In this document: piece after piece, positions 27,172-33,206 of the stretch | How the letters are laid out: each line of letters opens with the position of its first letter | How positions within the stretch are numbered: the first letter of the stretch is position 1 | Assembly (NCBI GenBank): GCA_046726415.1 | Contig: JBKPAK010000120.1 | Span: 1 to 33,206, forward strand | DNA: 33,206 bases | Source of the DNA: Candidatus Methylomirabilota bacterium | Lineage (GTDB): Bacteria > Methylomirabilota > Methylomirabilia > Rokubacteriales > CSP1-6 | Direction of reading: 5' to 3' | Translations under genes and position numbers: made by a program | Notes under the pieces: generated by a model | What the model saw: the letters and a program-made list of their open reading frames with translations, nothing else | The model's database searches: none | What the model was told of the DNA's origin: nothing

Positions 27172-27237
27172 CGGCGATCCTCCTTGTGTCGGCGAGGGCC
27201 AGGACATCTGGCTCGACGGCGGCGGCGAACGAGCACG

Positions 27238-27267
27238 TTTCTAGCACCCGCGGCGCGGGAGTGTCAA
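27238..27267 (-). promoter_or_regulatory. Sigma-70-type promoter of the liv operon
   Basis: TTGACA (27267-27262), an 18-nt spacer ending TGc, then TAGAAA (27243-27238). Confidence 0.6.
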
Positions 27268-27340
27268 GGCGGGTGCCGCAGCCGTGCTGAAGACCTCGTC
27301 AGGGCGGAGGTGCCGTCGCCGGCGATGCTACACTCGCAGC

Positions 27341-27886
27341 GTGTCCGATAGCCATGGCCACCGCATGCTTTCGCCCTCGACCATCCGCTACTGTCCGCTA
27401 TGCGGGGCCTCCCTCGTTCGCCAGCCGGTCGCACCCGACCATCGCGAGCAGGCCGTCTGTACGCGCTGCCGCTTCGTCTTCTATCTGAATCCGAAAGTCG
27501 TCGGGGCCACGATCCCCGAGCGGGCCGGCGACGTGCTCTTGACCAGACGTTCCATCGATCCCGGCCGCGGGCTCTGGACGTTTCCGGGCGGCTTCGTCGA
27601 CTTCGGGGAGACGGTCACGGACGCGGCCGTCCGGGAGACGCTCGAGGAGACGGGACTCAAAGTCGATCTGACCGGACTTCTCAACGTCTATACGTATCCG
27701 GCGGCGCCCGTGATTGTAGTGTACCGGGCCGCGGTGGTCGGTGGCTGCCTGACCACGTGCGACGAGAACGATCGGCTCGAATGGGTGAGACCGGAGAACA
27801 TCCCGTGGGACGCCTTGGCCTTCCAGTCCACGCGGGAGGCTTTGCGCGAGTGGATGGGCGCTCGAGGCCTGACCCCGGGCGGGTGA
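27341..27886 (+). CDS. NUDIX hydrolase with N-terminal zinc ribbon
   Basis: YCPLCG...CTRC, YLNPK and Nudix box PGGFVDFGETVTDAAVRETLEETG. Confidence 0.92.
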   Translation: MSDSHGHRMLSPSTIRYCPLCGASLVRQPVAPDHREQAVCTRCRFVFYLNPKVVGATIPERAGDVLLTRRSIDPGRGLWTFPGGFVDFGETVTDAAVRETLEETGLKVDLTGLLNVYTYPAAPVIVVYRAAVVGGCLTTCDENDRLEWVRPENIPWDALAFQSTREALREWMGARGLTPGG

Positions 27887-28057
27887 TCGCCTCCGGAGCG
27901 ACGGTTCGCCGACTCCCGTGAGGGCGGGGCCACCGCAGCCTAGCCGGAAAACAACCTTCTCGCCCCGCTGATTCTTGGAAAACTCCTCCCTGGCGAATGG
28001 GACTGACGTGGCCGGAAGCTCCACCGTTGCGCGTGCCCGGGAGCTCCGCGATCGCCC

Positions 28058-28789
28058 CTACCGCGGAACGAGCAGGAAGTGCAAGCCCATGAGCATCAGC
28101 AGGGCCTCGATCGCGAGGAGGAACGCGCGGTCGCTGAGGCGGTCGACGATGCGGCGCCCGAGCCAGGCGCCGAGGAACATCATCGCGCCCAGGGTCACGC
28201 CGAGCAGCGCGGTGTCGCGCGTGATCAGCGAGAGCTTTGCCAAGCCGGCCCCGCGCACGACGTGCATGGCGAGCGCGCAGCAGGCCTCGGTGGCGATGTA
28301 GGCGCCGCGCCGCAGCCCGTAGGCGAGAAAAAAGGGCGTGACCACGGGACCGGTGGTGACCACGAGCGCCCCCAGCAGGCCGGTCACGGCGCCGAGTGGA
28401 CTGAAGTGCGCGAGGCGGACCCTGAAGTGGCGCGTCAACAGCAGGCGCCGCAGGGGCACGGCGGCGATGAGGAATCCCCCGATGATCATGCTGAGGCGAG
28501 CGCTCGACGCGCTCTCGAAGAGGAGCACGCCGAGCGCGGTGGCGGGGACCGCCCCGAGAAGAAAACGTCCGACGATGGGCCACGCGATCTCCCCCCGGCT
28601 CCACCAGATTCGCGAGAGATTTCCCAGGAGCATGGCGACGGTGAGGGTGGGCACGGCCGCCCGCACGCCGATGACGGTGGCGAGCACAGGAAGCAGGATC
28701 ACGCCGGCGCCGAAGCCCGCCACGCCTCCCACGATCGATCCGACGAGGGCGGCGACGAGGAGCACGACCCAACTCACGGGTTCGGGCAT
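28058..28789 (-). CDS. TauE/SafE family sulfite exporter-like membrane protein
   Basis: GGVAGFGAGVILLP N-terminal motif; multiple transmembrane segments. Confidence 0.88.
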   Translation of the reverse strand: MPEPVSWVVLLVAALVGSIVGGVAGFGAGVILLPVLATVIGVRAAVPTLTVAMLLGNLSRIWWSRGEIAWPIVGRFLLGAVPATALGVLLFESASSARLSMIIGGFLIAAVPLRRLLLTRHFRVRLAHFSPLGAVTGLLGALVVTTGPVVTPFFLAYGLRRGAYIATEACCALAMHVVRGAGLAKLSLITRDTALLGVTLGAMMFLGAWLGRRIVDRLSDRAFLLAIEALLMLMGLHFLLVPR

Positions 28790-28813
28790 GAGGTCCGTGC
28801 CATCATACGCGGA

Positions 28814-30067
28814 ATGCCGATCGGTCGATGGCGGTATGCGGCGAACCGTGACCGCGGCGCCTTTGGCACCGGGCCAGGCGAGTCAGACCGCAAGCTGGTT
28901 CGGTGGATCGCGGGGGGCGGTGCCTTCGTCGTTGCGCTGGACTCCATCATCAACATGGCATTCCCGGCGATGGCCCGCGCCTTCCACACACCGCCGGAGG
29001 CGATGCGCTGGGTCATCGTCAGCTACGTGCTGACCTATGCGCTCATGTCCTTCGTGGGTGGGACCTTGGGTGATATCGTGGGCCACGCTCGCGTGTTCCA
29101 GGTGGGGGCGGCCCTCTGCGTGGTGGCCTTTGTCGTGTGCGGGCTCGCGCCGACGTTCGGCGTGCTGCTCGGGGGCCGTGTGCTCCAGGGCCTCGGGAGC
29201 GGGCTCGTGTACGGTACCGCGCCGGGGATCCTCACGCTGACCGCACCACCCGGCGCGCGCGGCCGTGCGGTCGGCCTCTTCAACGCCGCGGTGGGCCTCG
29301 GGGCTCTCGGTCCCCTGGTCGCCGGCGCCATTGTCGAGACGTTCGGATGGCCCTTCGTGTTCCTCCTCCGCGTGCCGCTGGGACTGGCGCTCGTCGCCTG
29401 GGCCTTCGTCGCGCTGCCGCGCGGACGACTCGCGTCCGGCTATCGGCTCATGCGCGCGGGCGACATCGCACGGGCGCGGGTCGTCGTGGCCTGCGCGCTC
29501 TCCTTCGTCGCCAATGCGGGCATCTTCGCCATCTGGCTCTTGGCGCCGTTCTTCCTGGTCGAGCTCAGGGGGCTTCCCGTCACTGCGGCCGGCGCGGTGT
29601 TCATGCTGACCTCGCTGGCGATGATGGTCACGGCGCCGCTGGCGGGGCGAGTGACCGACCGCCTCGGTGGGCGCAGTTTGATCGCCGGTGGATTGTTGCT
29701 GGAGGCCGCCGGGCTCCTGTCGATCGGGCACGCGGGCGCCACGACGCCCGTGTGGATGCTGGCCACGGCGTTCGCGGTGGCCGGCGTGGGACTCGGCGCA
29801 TTCCAGGTCCCGAACATGGCGCTGATCATGGGCGCCTTCGGCGCGGATCAGCAGGGTGCGGCGGGGGGTCTCGCTTTGCTGGCGCGGACACTGGGCATTG
29901 TGACCGGCGTCCTCGCCCTCGCCCACATCTTCGCCGTGCGTCGACTCACCGTCGGCTTCGAGCCCGCCTTCGCGGAGGCTTTCGTGACGGCATCGGCGGC
30001 CGTGGCCCTCGCCGCCATTCTCGGCATGGTGCCACTACGCGAGCGCGAAGCGCAGAGGTGGAGATGA
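28814..30067 (+). CDS. MFS transporter (DHA2-like, shortened)
   Basis: LDSIINMAFP, WVIVSYVL, GTLGDIVG, GRVLQGLG and GRVTDRLG; start uncertain. Confidence 0.85.
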   Translation: MPIGRWRYAANRDRGAFGTGPGESDRKLVRWIAGGGAFVVALDSIINMAFPAMARAFHTPPEAMRWVIVSYVLTYALMSFVGGTLGDIVGHARVFQVGAALCVVAFVVCGLAPTFGVLLGGRVLQGLGSGLVYGTAPGILTLTAPPGARGRAVGLFNAAVGLGALGPLVAGAIVETFGWPFVFLLRVPLGLALVAWAFVALPRGRLASGYRLMRAGDIARARVVVACALSFVANAGIFAIWLLAPFFLVELRGLPVTAAGAVFMLTSLAMMVTAPLAGRVTDRLGGRSLIAGGLLLEAAGLLSIGHAGATTPVWMLATAFAVAGVGLGAFQVPNMALIMGAFGADQQGAAGGLALLARTLGIVTGVLALAHIFAVRRLTVGFEPAFAEAFVTASAAVALAAILGMVPLREREAQRWR

Positions 30068-30108
30068 TCAAGGCCGAGCGCGAAGCGCGCAGGTGGAGAT
30101 GATCAAGG
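30040..30108 (+). repeat. 35-bp-period tandem duplication at the MFS/MFS junction
   Basis: cgagcgcgaagcgc(ag/gc)aggtggagatgatcaagg at 30040-30073 and 30075-30108. Confidence 0.85.
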
Positions 30109-30177
30109 GGATCGGCCTCGACCGCCGCTGAGCGGCATCCACCCGGCGCCCGGTGGGTCGTCCTAGGGCTCGCCGTC

Positions 30178-31317
30178 GTGGCCTTCGCGCAGACACATCT
30201 GCACCGTCTCGGCTACGCTCCGCTCATCACCGATGTCAGGGCCGAACTGGGTCTGACCTATGCGGCGGCCGGCGCTATCCAGACCGCCTACTTCTGGACG
30301 TACACCGTCGTCCAGCTTCCCATCGGTCTCGTGGTCGACCGTTGGGGGGTGCGGCGCGTCATGCTCGCCTGCATGGGATTGCTCACGCTCGGTGCCCTGG
30401 CCTTCGCCCTGAGCGGCGGCTACGGGACGGCCATCGTGGCGCGCATGCTCGTCGGCGTCGGAGCCGCGGCGGTCTGGGTCCCCGGCCTCCGTCTCATCAG
30501 CGAGTGGTTCCCGCCCGCCGAGCGTGGGCGGGCCACGGGAATCATGGGTGCCGGCGCCGGCATCGGGGGCACCATCGGCCTCGTCGTAGTCCCCTGGGTC
30601 GCCGCCTCGTGCGGATGGCGGTGGGCGTATGCCCTGACGGCGCTGCCAGCTCTGGTCACGGTCGCGCTGATCGCGGCGCTGCTGCCCGAATCCAGAGGGG
30701 GCAGGGCGGCGCCGATACGGGATCCCGGTGGTCTCCGCCGCGTCTTGGCCTCGAGGTCGCTCTGGCCCTTCACCATCACAGTCAGCTTGGCCTATGGCGC
30801 CTACTTCAGCTTCGTCACCTTCCTGCCCGCCTTCCTCGTGCGGGGAATGGGAATGACGAGCCCGCAGGCGGGCCTCGTGACCGGGCTCATCACGGCGGGT
30901 ACCATCGCGTCGTGGCCCCTGGCCGGTGTCGTCAGTGACGGGCTGGGGCGACGCAAGCCCGTCTACCTCGCCAGCCAGGTGGCCGGCGTCGCCACGTGCA
31001 TTGCCTTCGCGCTCGTGGTGCCGGGACTCGGCACCATGGGAGCGATGGCGACCGCTCTGGTCGCGGGCTTGCTGACGGGAGGGATCATCATTCCGTTCGT
31101 CATGATCACCGAGCTCTTTCCGCCCGAGCTGGCGGGTACGGCATCCGGGGTCACCAACACTGCGGCGTTCGTGGGCGGTATGGTCCTGCCCATCGTTCTC
31201 GGCCGCGTCGTCGATGTCACCGGGAGCTTCGGGGCGGCCTTTCTGCTGGCCGCTGGGGTCCACGCCTTGGCGCTTGCCAGCGGTCTCTTTGTCGTCGAGA
31301 CTGGCAGGCGAGCCTGA
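30178..31317 (+). CDS. MFS transporter (5' end irregular)
   Basis: GLVVDRWGVRR, EWFPPAERGRATG and SDGLGRRK. The frame extends upstream (RWVVLG) to a TGA at 30100 with no start codon. Confidence 0.82.
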   Translation: MAFAQTHLHRLGYAPLITDVRAELGLTYAAAGAIQTAYFWTYTVVQLPIGLVVDRWGVRRVMLACMGLLTLGALAFALSGGYGTAIVARMLVGVGAAAVWVPGLRLISEWFPPAERGRATGIMGAGAGIGGTIGLVVVPWVAASCGWRWAYALTALPALVTVALIAALLPESRGGRAAPIRDPGGLRRVLASRSLWPFTITVSLAYGAYFSFVTFLPAFLVRGMGMTSPQAGLVTGLITAGTIASWPLAGVVSDGLGRRKPVYLASQVAGVATCIAFALVVPGLGTMGAMATALVAGLLTGGIIIPFVMITELFPPELAGTASGVTNTAAFVGGMVLPIVLGRVVDVTGSFGAAFLLAAGVHALALASGLFVVETGRRA

Positions 31318-31388
31318 CGCGCCGGGGCTGCATGAAGATGCCGGGACGGCCGACCGCCGGCGCCATTCACCGGGTTGCGACGCGGATC

Positions 31389-31486
31389 GAGGGGTGAACG
31401 CGCGCAGACCTCACCGCGCTGAGGGCCGAACGTGCAGCGACCTCGACCGCGCTGAGGGGCGAACTTGCACAGACCTCGACCGCGGT
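31389..31486 (+). repeat. Three degenerate 32-33 bp tandem repeats
   Basis: Units at 31389, 31421 and 31454 with consensus gagggNNgaacNNgcNNNgacctc(g)accgcgNt. Confidence 0.8.
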
Positions 31487-31515
31487 GCTAGCGTGACCGC
31501 GCGGAGGAGGTGCGA

Positions 31516-32553
31516 ATGGCAGCGACACTGACCGCGAAGCGTCACCGCGTCCCCGATGTCGGCGACGCCATCGAATTTTGCTTCCAACAAGGCTGGAGCG
31601 ACGGCCTGCCCGTGGTCCCCCCCACCGAAGCCGGTGTCCGCGCCATGCTCGAGGCCGCGCGCCTCGAGCCCAAGAAGGAGATCGGCTACGTGGCCCACCG
31701 GTCCGTGTCCATCACCGCCGAGAAGGTGGCCATCAACGCCGTGATGGCCGGCTGCCGACCGGAGTACATGCCGGTGGTGGTGGCCGCGGTGGAGGGGATC
31801 AGCGATCCGGCCTGGAGCTACCACGGTCCGGGAACGTCGACCGGCGGGGCCGCGGTGCTCACGATCGTCAACGGTCCCATCGCCCGCGAATTGGACATCA
31901 ACGCCGGCGACAACCTGTTCGGACCCGGCTGGCGTGCAAACCTCACCATCGGGCGCGCCCTGCGCCTCGTCATGCGCAACGTCTGCGGCTCCATGCCTGG
32001 ACTGCTGGACCGGGGAACCCTCGGCCACCCAGGCAAGCTGTCGTACGTCATCGCCGAGAACGAGGCGGAGAGCCCGTGGACGCCGCTGCATGTGGAGCGC
32101 GGGTTCCGGCCCGAGCAGAGTACGGTGACCGTCGTGGCCTCCAATGGCCCACACCAGTTCTACAACCAGCTCTCCAGCACGGCCGAGGGCGTCTTGACCA
32201 CCCTCGCCGACGACATGCGCATCTCCGGCAACGTCATGGGCCAGTCCTATTACTGCGTGGTCCTCGCCGGCGAGCATATGCGCACCATCGCCAAGGACGG
32301 TTGGACGAAGAAAGAGATCCGCACCTTCCTCTACGAGAACACCACGAACACTCACGCGCATCTCAAGCGCACGGGGCGGATGTCGGGAACCATCCAGCCG
32401 GGAGACGAGACGGCCGTGCGTCCCCTCTTCGCCTCACCCGAGCACATCCTGGTCGTTGCCGCGGGGGGACGGGCGGGAGCCTTCTCCTGCTACATCCCCG
32501 GCTGGGGCAGTGCTCGCAACTCAGAGGCCGTCACCAAGGAGGTCAAGCGATGA
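31516..32553 (+). CDS. UGSC-associated conserved protein (DGLPVVPPT family)
   Basis: GGAGGAGG RBS and ATG 31516; GWSDGLPVVPPT, EKVAINAVMAGC, RANLTIGRAL and ENEAESPW; ATGA overlap with the next gene. Confidence 0.85.
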   Translation: MAATLTAKRHRVPDVGDAIEFCFQQGWSDGLPVVPPTEAGVRAMLEAARLEPKKEIGYVAHRSVSITAEKVAINAVMAGCRPEYMPVVVAAVEGISDPAWSYHGPGTSTGGAAVLTIVNGPIARELDINAGDNLFGPGWRANLTIGRALRLVMRNVCGSMPGLLDRGTLGHPGKLSYVIAENEAESPWTPLHVERGFRPEQSTVTVVASNGPHQFYNQLSSTAEGVLTTLADDMRISGNVMGQSYYCVVLAGEHMRTIAKDGWTKKEIRTFLYENTTNTHAHLKRTGRMSGTIQPGDETAVRPLFASPEHILVVAAGGRAGAFSCYIPGWGSARNSEAVTKEVKR

Positions 32554-33080
32554 TCGAGTTGCTCGATCCCACCACGGAGGCCCCCGCACAGACGGTGGCC
32601 TACGCGGCCCGGCCAGACACCCTGGCCGGTAAGCGCGTCGCCCTCGTCGAGAACACGAAGTTCAACTCGGACAAGCTGCTGCTGAAGATCGGTGAGCTGC
32701 TCAAGCAGGAGTACGGGGTCGCCGACCTCAAGCTCTATCACAAGCGGAACGCCAGCGTCCCCGCCCACGAGGAAATCATCGAGGACGTGAAGAAGACCTG
32801 CGACCTCATGGTCGCGGGCATCGGAGACTGAGGGTCCTGCTCGTCGGGCAGTGTGCTCGACGGAATCCTGCTCGAGAAGGCGCGGATCCCCTCCGCCTCC
32901 ATCGTGACCGACGTGTTCGAGACCACCGCCCGAGCTATGGCGGTCCAGTGGGGGCTGCCGCACTACAAGTTCCTCATGATGCCCCATCCCATCGCCAATC
33001 TCTCCGAGGGCGAACTGGATCGACGCGCCCGGGAGATGGTGCCGGAGGTGGTGAAGCTCTTACTGCAGGGACAGGAGTAG
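32550..33080 (+). CDS. UGSC-family probable selenoprotein
   Basis: AAGGAGG RBS and ATG 32550; ...AGIGD-TGA(32829-32831)-GSCSSGSVLD, in frame with track ORF 32853..33080. Confidence 0.9.
32842..32862 (+). promoter_or_regulatory. Putative bacterial SECIS hairpin
   Basis: CGUCGGGCA-GUG-UGCUCGACG, starting 10 nt after the UGA. Confidence 0.65.
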
Positions 33081-33129
33081 GCATTCGTCCACCCGGTGGT
33101 GCCGAAGCGGACACCGTCAGACGATCCGG

Positions 33130-33177
33130 GACTCGCTCGTATGCCGTGGCCGCATCCGGCTGCGGCGCGAGCGAGTC
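33130..33177. repeat. Long GC-rich hairpin downstream of the UGSC gene
   Basis: gactcgctcg...cgagcgagtc outer arms with inner gccgtggccg/cggctgcggc pairing; no U-tract. Confidence 0.55.
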
Positions 33178-33206
33178 GGCACCGCCGACGGAGACCTCCT
33201 CGATCT

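Noticed and set aside
27890-28055. Intergenic stretch between convergent NUDIX and TauE genes as an ncRNA or riboswitch
   Set aside because: No recognisable consensus or convincing structure by eye.
30100-30102. In-frame TGA upstream of MFS2 as a fourth Sec codon
   Set aside because: No redox motif or Cys-equivalent context; the TGA is explained by the tandem duplication.
31389-31486. Three repeats of about 33 bp as a mini CRISPR array
   Set aside because: Units are contiguous and degenerate with no unique spacers, and there are no cas genes.

Overview
GC-rich bacterial chromosomal window; gene content and style suggest Ca. Rokubacteria, which is inference only. It holds about 30 genes for redox, transport and catabolic functions. 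I found no rRNA, tRNA, CRISPR array or intact mobile element. The main hidden signal is three genes that the ORF track splits at in-frame TGA codons sitting in UxxC redox motifs: a peroxiredoxin-like protein (UPKC), a DsbA-like protein (UPYC) and a UGSC protein. Each TGA is followed by a SECIS-like hairpin, so these are three probable selenoproteins. The Sec-peroxiredoxin leads an overlapping operon with an uncharacterised PRTase-fold protein and a disulfide reductase, divergent from a fungal-Egt1-like sulfoxide synthase; this is a candidate thiohistidine/selenium redox system. Other notable items: a fused two-domain acyl-CoA dehydrogenase with complementary motif loss, a Cys-substituted ClpS, internally deleted pseudogenes, a 127-bp palindromic element, recurring 31-35 bp tandem duplications at gene starts, and several apparently leaderless genes.
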